A model generated the notes under the pieces. The model was not told the DNA's origin. It did not search any database and saw only the letters and a program-made list of their open reading frames with translations. A stretch of 64,000 nucleotides of DNA from the human T2T-CHM13v2.0 reference genome, Homo sapiens: the NCBI RefSeq assembly GCF_009914755.1, contig NC_060936.1; one strand, given 5' to 3'. Position numbers and translations under genes: made by a program. This document shows positions 1 to 15,514 of the stretch, piece after piece. Position 1 is the first letter of the stretch. Each line of letters begins with the position of its first letter.

Positions 1-361
1 TATAATGTGTCCTTCCTACTCTAAAAGCAGCAAAGATTATTCCATTGTTACAAACTTGTCTTTCCATCTGCTCTCCTTAACAAGGGTTAATCTTAGTGTC
101 ACTTTTCAATGCCTTAACTCTGAATTCCATTTAGCTTACAGAAAGTTTTAGGAAAAAATCTGTTTGGTGGTGTTTAAAATACATGTGCTCTAATTTTTCC
201 AAGTGCCACACTTTTATTCGGGAAGAAATTACTTGTTGGCTAAGTGATTTCTTAGGTTTTTAAGTAGTGAAGAAATTTTCAGTCCAATCAATTTGATCAT
301 TTTCAGGAATTTGTTTCTCTGAAGGCATCTAAATTTCTTGTGAATATTTTGGGAAATGTAG

Positions 362-687
<326 letters not shown>

Positions 688-886
688 ATTGCCTGTTTAT
701 TCTGATGGAGCATAATTTGATTGTGCACATATTGTTCCGTTCAGGAAATGATGTGTATATTTTATGCACAATTAACCTCTTGAAGCTCTTATTAAGCAAT
801 AACAATCACTTTGACTTAGTTATTTTTGATAGATCATCATTTAGGAAATTACTCAAGAGATCAAGAGATTCTTTTTTTCCCTCTAA

Positions 887-1223
<337 letters not shown>

Positions 1224-1699
1224 TAAATTTTCTTCTTATTGTGAGTACTGGTGAGAATGTTCAGAGATTGTTAAGCATGGCTATTCAAAAAAAGCCAAAG
1301 AATATTGGTTATTGTTCTGCTTGCTGAGATAAAGTAGTAAAAGTGGTTTCACCCATTGTAACATAAAACATTCCTAAAAATTTATAATTATATAGCCAAA
1401 AAAGGACTGAGCCTATGAAAAGGAAGCAAAAGGTAATTATAGGTATTTATTTGGCAGAATTGAACAAGCCGATCACTGAAATGCAAAGCAGATACTACCT
1501 GTGCCATTAAACTAGAACAGCTGATTATTATAATGTGCTCCACAAGGGTTCAATTCACTGTTTCTCTTGCTATATGTAGATCACTAGATTACTGTTTTCT
1601 CCTCATCTGTTCCAGAGAAAGTACAGAATTTCTTTTTCTTTTTTTGGTCTTTTCTTTCTTTCCCTTTTTCTCTCCCTCTTTCTTTTTTTGCAGATAAGG

Positions 1700-3190
1700 T
1701 AATCCCGACTGAATCAACAGAAAGACTATAGATTTAATAAGAGAATTCAGCAAGAATGCAAGCTACAAGATCCACTCACAGAAATCAATGTTCCTCTGTA
1801 TCAACAATAATCAACTAAAAATATAACAGATTCTATAATGTCATTCACAATAGCAATCAAAAGATAAACTATGAATTTAACTGAACAATTCATAAGACCT
1901 TTATGAAGAAAAAGTTTTAAATTTATTTAAGGGCTGGAAAGCCTAAATAAATGGAGTGCTATGCCTTGTTCATGGAACAGATGGCAATACTGTAAAACAT
2001 GGAAGTTCTCAAAATTAATCTATAAACGCAAGTCAATGCCAATTAAAATTAGAGAAGGACTTTTAAAAAATGAATTCAACGTACTTATCCTGACATGTAT
2101 AAGAAGACCAAATATTTTATGAATAATTAAGGCAACTTAGAAAAAGGTCAGAGAAAGAGGGCACCTTACTGCCAGATATCAGACAGTTACAAAACTATGG
2201 TAATCAAAAAAGTGGGACGTTGGCTTAGGAACACATATACCAGTGAAACATGCAACAGAGCTCAGTAACAGATGCATGCATATGCACAGGCAGAGAAAGG
2301 TTGATAAACTGTTTCATAGATGGTATTGGTCAAGGTTGCCAGCAGCTGTAGTAAAAAAGTAAAATTTAAAAGAAAAATTTAAAAGAAAAAAATAGTATTG
2401 GGAATATGTCACTGTATGAGAAAAATAATGCTGTATTCTTAGCTTATACCAGTGTTTCTCAACCCTTTTCCTTATTATCCTCATAAGAAATCATGTTAGA
2501 CATTTTCTCCCAATTTTCCTCCTTCTCAATGAAATTTTAATATCACAGGTATACTGTATATCTCTTTATATATTATGCCACTTAGGAGAGCCATAAACCA
2601 TTGTAATATCTACTTTTTTTTTCCTACCCCTAAGAACCAATTTTCACTCCCTTCAGAGTGATATCACCCCCTGCCCATTAAGAATGCGTGCTTGTACCAT
2701 ATGCAAGAGTGGAATCCAGTTGGATTAAAGTACTAAATGGAAAAGATAAAACTGAAAAGCTAATGGAAAAGAAAAAAGAGACATGTGAAGTATTTCTCAG
2801 GCTTTCAAGTGTAAAAGGTCTTCTTAAACCAGCTCCTTTTTTGCACAAACTCTAAGATAAAAAAGATGACATTAAAATTAATGGCTCTTTATCAAATGTT
2901 ATAATAGGCAAAGTTTACATAGAGATCACAGTACGGACAAAGATATTTGACACAAGTAAAGCCAACAGGGGATAGATATCTACCTTAGAGAAGACATTCC
3001 TGTTAATTAAATGAGAAAATGATAAACCCAAAAGAAAAATGGGTAAAGGATATGAATATGGCATTCGCATAATGAGAAACTCAAATACCTAACATATAAA
3101 CTTTGCAAGTAATTAGAAAATAAAATAGAGATTAAAACTACCGGTGGAAAAGAGGTCATGAAACCAAAAAGCCAGAGTACTAAAAGGATA
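1700..3190 (+). mobile_element. Old L1 (L1M-type) ORF2 3' fragments, interrupted by a MER112-like element
   Basis: Degenerate A-rich L1 ORF2 motifs (gaattcagcaag...gctacaagatc; ccttgttcatgg; tacaaaactatggtaatcaaaa; gatatgaatatggcattc). Confidence 0.7.
2450..2690 (+). mobile_element. hAT-Charlie non-autonomous DNA transposon (MER112-like)
   Basis: Starts cagtgtttctcaacc, ends ...gatatcacccc...ttaagaatgcgtg; resembles the MER112 consensus as I recall it. Confidence 0.65.
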
Positions 3191-3923
3191 ATGAATATAC
3201 TGATTTCTTCAGAAAATGAGAGGGAGTAACCTAGAGTTTCTATATAATTACAATAAGAAAGGGTTATCCAGTGATACAAGCTTTATATATAGGGTATTTA
3301 GAAAGAAAGAGAGAAAATTGTATAGGAGATTTGGGAAACAATCCTTCAGTGGTCTTTTATGTTTATGCAATTCTTATGAGAAGACTGCCTTTGTTCTGAA
3401 CTACCTTTTCAAGGATGTTTGTATAGAAAACACCTTTGGAAGATGGAGATAATTAAGGGAAGGTTTATTTACTGTTCATTATAATAAAAAATATATTTCT
3501 TTAGGGCAAAGATCAGGCAGTCTTATTAACGATTTAAAGAGATTTAAGCAGGTTGCAGTGGCTCATGCTTGTAATCCCAACACTTTGGGAGGCCATGGCA
3601 AGAGGATCACCTAAGACCAGGAGTTCAAGATCAGCCTGGGCACCATAGCGAGACTCCATCTCTATAAAAAATTTAAAAATTAGTTGGGCTTAAAAGCAAT
3701 CTACAAATTCAAGCAATTCCCATCAAAATACACCATCATTCTTCACAGAATTAGTAAAAACAATCCTGAAATGCATATGGAACCAAAAAGGAGCCTGCAT
3801 AGCCAAAGCAAGACAAAGCAAAAAGAACAAATCAGGAGACAGCACAAAACCTGACTTCAAACTATACTATAAAGCCATAGTCACCAAAACAGCATGGTAC
3901 TGGTATAAAAAACAGGCGTATAT

Positions 3924-4217
3924 GCCGGGCACAGTGGCTCACGCCTGTAATCCCAGCACTTTGGGAGGCCGAGGTGGGCAGATCACCTGAGGTCAGGAGT
4001 TCGAGAGCAGCCTGACCAATATGGTGAAACCCTGTCTCTACTAAAAATACAAAAATTAACCGGGCATGGTGGCAGGAGCCTGTAATCTCAGCTACTCAGG
4101 AGGCTGAGGCAGGAGAATTGCTTGAACCCAGGAGGCGAGGTTGCAGTGAGCCAAGATCGCACCATTGAACTCCAGCCTGGGGGACAGAGCAAGACTCCGT
4201 CTCAAAAAAAAAAAAAA
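3924..4217 (+). mobile_element. AluS inserted in the L1
   Basis: Full Alu with poly(A); L1 sequence resumes at tagaccaatgg. Confidence 0.95.
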
Positions 4218-5035
4218 GGAATATAGACCAATGGAAAAGAACAGAGAACCCAGAAATAAAGCCAATACTTACAGCTAACTGATCTTCAACAAAGCAAACA
4301 AAAACATAAAGTGGGGAAAGGATGCCCTTTTAAACAAATGGTGCTCGGATAATTGGCAAGCCACATATAGAAGAATGAAAGAAAGAATGAAGCTAGATCC
4401 TCATTTTTTCACCTTTAAAAAAAAATCAATCCAAGATGGATCAGAGACTTAAATCTAAGACCTGAAACTATAAAAATTCTAAAAGTGAAAAACCATTCTG
4501 GACATTGGCTTAGGCAAAGACTTCATAACCAAGAACCCAAAAGCAAATGTGACAAAAACAAAGATAAATAGATGAAACTTAATTAAACTAAAAAGCTTCT
4601 GCACAGCAAAAGAAACAATCAGTAGAGTAAACAGAGAACCCACAGAGTGTGAGAATATCTTTGCAATCTGTACATCCGACAAATGACTAATATCCAGAAT
4701 CTACAAGGAACTCAAACAAATCAACAAGAGAAAAACAAACCCATCAAAAAGTGGGCTAAGGACATGAATAGACAATTCTCAAAAGAAGATATACAAATGG
4801 CCAACAAACATGTAAAAAAATGCTCAACATCACTAATGATCAGGGAAATGCAAATCAAAACCACAATGCAATACCACCCCACTCCTGCAAGAATGGCCAT
4901 AATCAAAAAATCAAAAAATAATAGATGTTGGCATGGATGTGGTGAAAAGGGAACACTTTTACATTGCTGGTGGGAATGTAAACTAGTACAACCACTATGG
5001 AAAACAGTGTGAGATTCCTTAAAGAACTAAAAGTA

Positions 5036-5376
<341 letters not shown>

Positions 5377-6311
5377 TCACTACCCAGAGGAAAAGAAGTT
5401 ATTTTATGAAAAAGATACTTGCAGATGTATGTTTATAGCAGCACAATTCACAATTACAAAAACATGGAATCAGCCCAAATGCCCATCAGTCAATGAGTGG
5501 ATAAAGAAAATATGGTATATATATATATACACCATGGAATGCTACTCAGTCATAAAAAGGAATGAAATAATGGCATTCATAGCAACCTGGATGGATTTGG
5601 AGACTGTTATACTAAGTGAAATAACTCAGGAAAGGAAAACCAAACATTGTATGTTCTCATTCATAAGCAAGAGTTAAGCTATGAGGACACAAAGGAATAA
5701 GAATGATACAATGGACTTTGGTGACTCAGGGGGAAAGGGTGGGAAGAGGGTGAGGAATAAAAAACTACACATTGGGTACAGTGAACACTGCTTGGGTGAT
5801 GGATGCACCAAAATCTCAGAAATCACCACTAAAAAACTTATTTATGTAACCAAACTCCACCTCTTCCCCAAAAAACTATTGAAATAAAAAAGGAAAAGAA
5901 AAAGAAATTAGTTGGGCTTGGTGGCATGTGCCTGTAGTCCCAACTACTCAGGAAGCTGAGGTGGGACAATCACTTGAGCCCAGGAGTTCAAGGCTGCGGT
6001 GAGCTATGATTGTGCCTCTTGCTGCAGCCTGGGTGACAGAGAAAGACTTTGTCACTTAAAAAAAAAAATTGTGTCTCCTAAGTTAGGGTGCCTCTCCTAT
6101 GATGCATCCCCTGTATGCAGGAGTCACCTGACCCTCTTTGTGTTGCTCTGTAGAAATTGGGTTTCAAGGAACTGGTCGAGGAAAAATGATACTCTAGCAA
6201 TTGCTGTTTCTATGAGTAATAAATTGTTCTTTGTCTCTGATACAGGAGTCTCATTTCTTCTGCGAGCATCTGTGAAATTGTGTCAGGCTTTTAGCTTGTA
6301 AGAACAGTAAA

Positions 6312-6893
<582 letters not shown>

Positions 6894-7816
6894 AAGAACA
6901 GTAAAATCTCAGTCCCTTCGCAGTTCTTCATATGAAGGTTCTTAGGTACCTCCAAACCCCATGTTACAAAGTATGTGGGTAAGAAAAAGCCCTACAAGAT
7001 GTGTAAAATTTGCTCTGCCCAGGCAGACTGTGGTGATTGCATGTGGTGGACGAGGAGGCAGGAATGTTTCCAGAAGCCTACAGGGTTTTGGGAACTTCTT
7101 ATTCCAGGAGCACAGGATGTTTTCTTCATTTTGACATATGCACCATTGACAATGAAGCTGTAGAGACCAGAGGGGTGGGGTCCTATCTAAATCACATGGA
7201 ATTCTGGGTCCTCTCTGTTTAGTCCTTTCCCATAATTACTTAACATAAATTTTGAATTTACAAATTACAAATACATACACAAAATGATACCACATATTTT
7301 ACAAGGATATAAACATATTCAACAATGTATATTGCTTATACACTGGAATAGGTCCTTATGATAGAGAAAAGAATAGGAGTGAAAATCAAAGATAAGGGAG
7401 CAAATTAGAACAAAACAAGAGAAGATCTTTGCAAAGACTTTGATGATGGTAGCATGCCATAAGTAACTCAGCTTTCTCCACCTTAGATCCAAAACCAAAA
7501 TACAATGCAATATAGGTTACATTTTACCATATTTCAGCAAACCACCCGAAATTGGGTGACAGATGTCAACCTCAATTCCCACCAAATCCAGATACAAGGC
7601 TTACTTGAGCTTGACTAACTCCAATTTGAATTCTGGATTCTATATCCTTTTCCAAGGGGGTAGACATTTCCAAGTCTTATACATTAGGATGGACCCCTAT
7701 GATGGAGAGGGGAATAAGGGTGTGGATCAAGAATGAAGAAAAAAATCAAGTGAAAGAGGGTCCTTGCTCAGACTGATGATGATAGCATGCCATTTTAGGT
7801 ACAAAAAATTACACAC

Positions 7817-7853
7817 ATATATATATATATATATATGTATGTACATATATATA

Positions 7854-7894
<41 letters not shown>
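7817..7894. repeat. Compound (TA)n-(TG)n-(TA)n microsatellite
   Basis: Directly visible. Confidence 0.95.
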
Positions 7895-8075
7895 GCATAT
7901 AACATTCTGTCAAACAACCTGTAATGGTTTGAGACATGTGAATCCAAATTCCAACTCCAATTTGAATAGGTTTTATTCTTTTTCTGAATCTTGAGCTCTG
8001 TCATCTATTCACTGTGTTGCTTCTGCTCTTAGAACTAGGCATTTGACTATCAAACTTACTTTTCATCTTTACAAC

Positions 8076-8406
8076 TTTTTTTTCTTTTCCTTTTTTCTTT
8101 TTTCTTTTTTTTTTTTTTTTTTTTTTGAGAGAGTCTCATTCTATTGCCCAGGCTGGAGTGCAGTGGTGCGATCTCGGCTCACTACAACTTCTGCCTCTCG
8201 GATTCAAAGGATTCTCATGCCTCAGCCTCCTGAGTAGCTGGAATTACAGGCATGTGCTACCAAGCCCAGCTAATTTTTGTATTTTTAGTAGAGACAGGGT
8301 TTCACCATGTTGGCCAGGCTGGTCTTGAACTCCTGACCTCTAGTGATCTGCCTGCCTCAGCCTCCCAAAGTGCTAGGATTACAGGCGTGAGCCACCGTGT
8401 CTGGCC
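8076..8406 (-). mobile_element. Alu SINE (AluS-like)
   Basis: Reverse Alu consensus with long T-rich tail. Confidence 0.95.
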
Positions 8407-9229
8407 ATCTTTACAAGTTTCTTATTCCCTCAGAATAGGATCACCCTGGTCCTTCAGGGTCCAACAGCTTCTGTCCCTCAGCCCACTTGGCTGGCACCAT
8501 GGCCAGGTTATATTGGACCTTCTGGTGGAACCACACAGAACATGGAATGTGACTTGGTGGATGAGCAGGAGTCTCAGAATTGGTGGGGAATACGAAAGCC
8601 TCTGAGGGATATCGTGAGCAACTCTTTCTATCGTAAGACAGTGGTGGTGGGTGGGCGATGGGAAGCAGTTGTAATATGGGAGACAAAGGATGAAGAGGTT
8701 GAGGGAGAAAGATTAAATAATGAGAGAAGAGACAAGGAGGTGACCATGAAAGAAACTAAAGTTAATTTCTTATTACAATTTATCAGTGTTCAGCATAGGA
8801 TCTGTGAGTTTCAGAGTAAGTGGGTTGGGGCCAGTGAGGCAGCCATACTTGAATGATCCAAGAGCATCAGATGGAAAGGAAATAGAACATACACCTTCAG
8901 CCCTCTTGGAGTTGGACCAATGGATATCTAAATAGTAGATGAGTGGGCTGTGACAGTAATGAATGTCCAAAGGGAAGTCTCTCCTTTTATTTCACAATTA
9001 TGAACAAACAAAAATGCTTAACGTATTAGAAATTTAATAGTTTATACAAGGAGCCTGCCAATTTCACATACCAGCTACTGACTTACTGTGATTATTTTTT
9101 GTTTGATATTAAACTTCTTCCCATTATCCCTTGTCCAGAGCATTTTCAAGGAATGACAATTAAGGAAAGAAGACTGGTTGTGGGTTCCATGGAATGATTT
9201 TTTTTTCTTTTTTTTGTATACCACACACA

Positions 9230-10060
9230 AGACTAAGTGGCCATCCTCTTATGTTCAATGGTTTGAATGGGATAGAAGTTCATTTCTTCCTCACGTAATA
9301 GTTTGGGGGGAGCATTCCAGGGCTGTCATGGTGATTCAATGGTGTCAGATCTCAGCCTCATTTTAGCTGGTTTTTCTACTATATCTAGTGTATGTCCCTT
9401 GTCCTTAAAGGTACAGATTGTTCATCCCATATCCCTGATCCAAGTAGCAAGATATAGGATTTGGAGGAAAGAAGGTAATCTCCTTCCCTTTCCTGTCACA
9501 AATGAAAAGTTGCACTCAATACTTGGCTGACATCCCAGTGGCCAACACTTCATCACAATACTATAACTAGCTGCAAAGGGGCTTGCAAAATGTGGTATTA
9601 TGGGCTAAATGTTTGTGTCCTCCCTCAAATGTATGTGCTGAAATCCTTATCCTCCATGTGATGGCATTAGGAAGTATGGCCTTTGAGGGGGTGATTAGGT
9701 CATAAGGGTGGAGCCTCTATGAATGGGATTAGTGCCTCTACAGGAAGAGACATGAGAGAGCTTTCCACCCTCTTCCTGCCATGTGAGGATACAATGAGAA
9801 GTTGGGAGTCTGCAACCTGGAAGTGGGTCCTCACCCAAACTTGACCATGCTGGCACCCTGATCTCAGACTCCCAGCCTCTAGATCTGTAAGAAATACATT
9901 TCTGTTGTTTATAAGATGCCCAGTTCATGGTATTCTGTTATAGCAGCCTCAACTATGACATGTAGTACTTGCAGGGTTGCCATATGTCCACCTAAAATTT
10001 TTATTACTCATGAAAAAGGGGAATATAGGAATATTGGGCAATAACTACCAGTATTAGCCA
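9230..10060 (-). mobile_element. Old ERVL LTR (LTR33-like) interrupted by an MLT1A-like element
   Basis: Degenerate motifs cccagtggccaacactt..cac..ctagctgcaaaggggcttgcaaaatgt, continuing as tgtagt.. after 9960. Confidence 0.4.
9595..9960 (+). mobile_element. MaLR LTR (MLT1A-like)
   Basis: atgggctaaatgtttgtgtcc...gattaggtcataagggtggagcc...atgaatgggattagtgcc...tatagcagcctcaactatgaca. Confidence 0.8.
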
Positions 10061-10137
10061 TAGTAAGATATTCACAGAAAATTTGATCTGAGATTTTTTG
10101 GGGGGTGCCAGTGATAAGAGCTTATTCTTACAATAAT

Positions 10138-10393
10138 GGCTGGGCATGATGGCTCACACTTATAATTTTAGCACTTTGGGAGGCCAAGGGGGGGTATCGC
10201 TTGAATCTAGGAGTTCAAGACAAGCCTGCGGAATATGGTGAAACCCTCTCTCCACTAAAAATACAAAAATTAGTCAGGCGTGGTGGCATGTGCCTGTAGT
10301 CCCAGCTACTTGGGAGATTGAGGCAGGAGGATCACTTGAGTCCAGGAAGTCAAGGCTGCAGTGAGCCAAGAAAAAAAAAAGAAAGAAAGAAAG
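10138..10393 (+). mobile_element. AluJ-like, missing its last ~45 bp before the A tail
   Basis: Alu consensus up to gcagtgagccaag, then directly an A/(GAAA)n tail. Confidence 0.9.
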
Positions 10394-11995
10394 GACTTGC
10401 TTACTTTCACAGTAATGAAGACTATCAAGAGTTCAGTACAAATAATTTAAATGTCTGACATGACCTCAGGCCTTGAGGAACTTATAGCTTCACCGAGGGA
10501 GATGATAGAAATATAAACCAATTATTTCAATAGGAAATAAGATTGAAGATTAAGTATTCACAAAATGCTATGAGAAGACAAGCATGGAAAAATTGATCCA
10601 TATATGAGTTCTTTAAAGACTCCTTTGCTGAACACCAAAGATGAATCAAGTCTCAAAGGAATAAAAATATATAGGATTAAACACAAAGAACTACAGAAAT
10701 TAAACATTCAAACAATTTTCAACAATACCTCCTTACTAATAACTAGAGGTTAATTCCTGTGGTGAAGTTATAAAGTCATCAGTGGCCCCGGCAATATCTT
10801 CAGTGACGTTTTCAGTGGGTCTGCAGCCTCCAAAGAGCTGTAGCACATTCCAGTTTTGCTACAGCTGTTCCAAAGAATTCAGGGAACCAGCCCTTGGTGG
10901 GGTAGACCTCCTTCTGTCCTTTAAAAGAGAAACAGTTAAGAGGTCTGTTTGCTTGGTCATACCCTCCATGAGTAAAACTATACTAAGGAGAAGAATGCAA
11001 GAAATCACCTGGTTTCACTGGCTCTCACTCCCACCTACTACAGGATCTCAGGATTCTGCAAGGACCCTTCCAAACCCAGGTATTTCTAAAGGTCCGCAGG
11101 GTGTCTCTCCCATGTGTCCCCAAACAAGGCTAGTCAGTTACCTTACAGTGACAGTCATTTTGTTTCCTCTCCTCTCACCCCAACCCTTCTCCCCTTGCTG
11201 ATTGGTTTTACCTGGAGAAGGAGGGGGATGTGTAAAACCAACCAGCAAGATGATCCTGCCACTTCTCCTGGCTGTGCCTGCTGGACTCTTCTAACTACTT
11301 GATGCTTCCAATACAGTAGAGCCCTGGATATGCCAATGTTGTGTGCAGATTGTCTCTTCTCCTTTTAGAAGCTTACCCATCCAGTGCTGCCGCCTTGCTG
11401 AGGTTTTGTGAAAGAACTCTTCATTTTTGAGTTTATCTCTACCTTCCATTCCATGCCCTGTGCTGAAATGCGAGTCTTCAGGGCCTGATCTAATGGCAAA
11501 CCCAAGTTGAGGACATCATATAGTACTCAGAATTGCCCCTCCCCTCCTGCCACTTTGACATATATTCCCTTTTCTCTGGCAAGATTCTCTCCAGAGGGCT
11601 CCTCCTTTACTCTTGCAAATAGACTTCTTGAAGGCCTGCCCCTGCTGCTCACCGGGAAAGGCCTGACATGTCTGAATTCCACTTGAGTTCAAAGTGGGAC
11701 AGATTCCAATACCAACTTGAGGAAAGAGGAGGTGTGTACTATGCTTCCTCTTTCCTGACATTGCCTCTGAGCCACATCCGCCCTCACCTTCAATCTAACC
11801 GTAGAAATCAAGTTTCATCTGAAACCCAGAAGCCCATCTCTTTGGTATTTTGGCACAGAACAGTCATCCAGAGGAGAAGCACTTTTCAGTGCAACAGAGA
11901 TTTAAGAAATATCTCCTAATGCTGATGTGCTCTCCCTTTTTTTGGTAATCTGGTTGTCTTCCCTGCAGCTCCTTTGCTATTCTAACCCCAGGAAA

Positions 11996-12022
11996 GTGTG
12001 TGTGTGTGTGTGTGTGTGTGTG
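11996..12022. repeat. (TG)n microsatellite
   Basis: Directly visible. Confidence 0.95.
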
Positions 12023-13496
12023 TTTAGTGACAGCTCCTGTCAGATAAGAAGGGGAAATAGAAAGCCTCCTCAGTATTGGGTGAGAAGAAGGAAGGAAGCA
12101 AAGGTTACGCTATGGGATGGGAGTGTCCAGGCGCAATAAGAGTTTACTTAGGTGAGCCAACAAGGGTAAGGGGAAGCATGAAAGAAGTGGATTTCAGAAG
12201 GCTTTTTTTTTTTTTTTTTTTTTTTGCATGCTAATGGGCCCTTTGGGTGGCTGGTGCTTACTTCGGCAGTTCTCCGCTGAGATGATTGCCTGTTGTCTTT
12301 TATTCTAGCCAAAGCTGTTGGTTGTATCTGGCTCTTGACTGCAGCCTGCTCTAATATCCCTGATGCTAATTTGAGTGAGGCGGAGGTTAGAGGAAAACCA
12401 CATTAGTTTAACAACATGGATTCGTGATTTTCACCAGTGGCATAATTCATGCTGGCAAACAAAAATTACTTCACTTGCTTAGGTGATTTTAGAAGTGAGT
12501 TATTGGGAGATCGTCAACTCTAGCTCCCGAGGGTAGCCCATTAACATTGTGTGGAATGACAACAGATGCTGGCAGTAAATTGCAAACAGTGACTATGCAA
12601 TCAGCTGTGGGCTTTTAGAGCTAAGCATCTGTGGGCATTTAACCACTTGCACTTCTGCCACACACTCTTTCCAAGGAGATATTCCACAGCTCATTTAGCT
12701 GATCAGCACAACAAGGACCCTTAGCTGGAAAGGAAGTAAATAATGATTTAGGTCATTTGTCTTATTCCTAGTGAAAAAGAAAAGCATTGTATTAATGAAT
12801 TCAGCATTTGGACCTGAATACATAATGTCCTTTCGTGGCAACAAAGAGCAATTAGAGCAATTTTACCTGTTCTGAAAGCTTTGCATTTTTCATCCTCTGA
12901 GGATTATAGAGAACTGTATTGGATGATTTACCAGATGGGGGAATCTGAATCCTGTAAATACGGAGAAGAAATAATGTTCTCTGAATTTCATCAATGATCT
13001 ATATTCCCCAAAAAGAATTAGAACTGCTTCCTATATACAAAAACATATTTACTAAGTGGAAATTTTATTACCTGGGTATTGAATTCAGTGATACCAAGGG
13101 CTTCCCTTTGTAGACAAAGGTCCATCTGCCCAGGCTGGGTTTCTATCCTTTTACTAACTAAATGCAATTAAACAATGGCTTTGAAGTAGTATTCAATTTT
13201 TGGATGGGTTTGATACTTTAGCTTTTTAAAAAATGCCAGTTGAACCATTTCTTTTGGGGTGTCGGATCTTTAATATAAACTTTCCCTTTTTACCCATTAG
13301 TGAGCAGACTTAATAAGGGTCCATCATGTAGGGAACAGGGCTTGCACAGATACTTGGGGATGGGGAGTGGTGAGCACAGTAAAGATGGCTCATCTCATGG
13401 ATTTTTTTTCCCTGACTTTGTCACTGCTTCCTCCAACATTTTTCATCACAGCCCAAAAAACAGTTACTCTGCAACCTGAAAAACTGGTGAAAGTAA

Positions 13497-13866
<370 letters not shown>

Positions 13867-13939
13867 TGCTACTTCACTTTCTGATGCCTCCTGCCCTCTT
13901 CCTTCCCCTCCCACCAGACAAGCAAGCCCAACTGTCAAT

Positions 13940-14205
13940 CTTTTTTTTTTTTTCTGACAGGGTTTCGCTCTGTGGCCCAGACTGGAGTGCAGTGGTGTGA
14001 TCATGGTTAACTGCAGCCTCAATCTTCCCAGCTCATGAGATCCTCCTGCCTCAACCTCTGAAGTAGCTGGAACTACAAGTGCTTGCCACAATGCCCAGCT
14101 AATTTTTAAATTTTTTTAGAGATAGAGTCTCACTATGTTACCCAGGCTGGTCTGAAACTCCTGGGCTCAAGCGATCCTCCAGCCCGGCCTCCCAAAGTTC
14201 TTGGA
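13940..14205 (-). mobile_element. AluJ-like, 5' truncated
   Basis: Reverse Alu with J-type diagnostic sequence (cagcctcaa..tcctcctgcctc; ctgggctcaagcgatcctcc). Confidence 0.9.
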
Positions 14206-14726
14206 TCTGTCCTTTTCCTAGCATTGGTTCAAGCAACTAAATAGATGGTATGATTCACTCTGATTTTGGTTTTATTTCTATCAAATAATTTTTCCCTAAA
14301 GGTACCTATTTTGAACTACTGTGGAGTAGGGAGAAGATTACTCAACAAGAAATTAATATTTAATGTACATGCTATGGATAAAGTTATAACTGAATTCACA
14401 AAACATTTGCATTCCTGTTCAACTAATAACAGATTTCTGATATTTCTTTAACTGCCTGTGCCTTCTTTCCTTTTAGTCTTGATGGGTCATATTTGAAATC
14501 CATTTCTTTCATGCCCCTCCTTGCCTTTGTTGCTCACCTAAGTGAACTGGGTATTTTCTCTTACTGGGTCCTTATTATGTCTATTTTGGGGGTTTTCCAA
14601 AATTCCCCTCAGAGAGCTTAACATCTAGTCATTTACATCACTCCTTGACCTTTGTTGGTACTGCAAAGCTTTTTATCTTCTTTCTCTTTCTTTTCCATGT
14701 TTTTCTGTTCCTCCCCTCCCCCAACC

Positions 14727-15042
14727 TTTTTTTGTTTTGTTTTGTTTGTTTTTGTTTTTTGAGACAGGGTCTCACTCTGGCACCTGAGCTAAAGTGCAAC
14801 GGCACAATCATGGCTCACTGCAGCCTTGACCTCCCAGGCTCAAGCAATCCTCCCACCTCAGCCTTCCAAGTAGCAGGGACTATAGGTGCGTGCCACCATG
14901 CCCAGCTAAGTTTTGGATTTTTTTGTAGAGACAGGGTCTTGCTATGTTGCCCAAGCTGGTCTCAAACTCCTGGGCTCAAGCAGTCCTCCTTCCCCAGCCT
15001 CCCAAAGTGCTGGGACTATAATCATGAGCCACCTCACCTAGC
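14727..15042 (-). mobile_element. AluJ-like
   Basis: Reverse Alu with J-type diagnostic sequence. Confidence 0.9.
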
Positions 15043-15145
15043 TGCTCCCCACTTATCCATAATCTCTTCTCTCAGAATTGCAGACTGCTGCTACTTCCAC
15101 TGCTTCTTGCCCCTGCATCCTCAACTCTCCTCCCAGGTGTTCTAC

Positions 15146-15514
15146 TGATTATATGGTTTGTCTGTGTCCCCACCCAAATCTCATCTTGAATTGTAGCTCC
15201 CACAATTCCCATGTGTTGTGTGAGGAGACCTGATGGCAGGTCATTGAATCTTGGCGGTGGATCTTTCCCGTGCTGTTCTCCTGATGGTGCATAAGTCCTA
15301 CGAGATCTGATGGTTTTATAAGGGACAACCCCTTTCACTTGGTTCTCATTTTTTCTCTTGCCTGCTGCCATGTAAGACATGCCTTTCAACTTGCGCCATG
15401 ATTGTGAGGCCTCCCCAGCCACGTGGAACTGCAAGTTCATGAAACCTCTTTTTGTTTATAAATTACCCAGTCTCGGGTATGTCCTTATCAGCAGCATGAA
15501 AACAGACTAATACA
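15146..15514 (+). mobile_element. THE1 (MaLR) solo LTR
   Basis: atggtttgtctgtgtccccacccaaatctcatcttgaattgtagctccc...cagcagcatgaaaacagactaataca. Confidence 0.92.
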
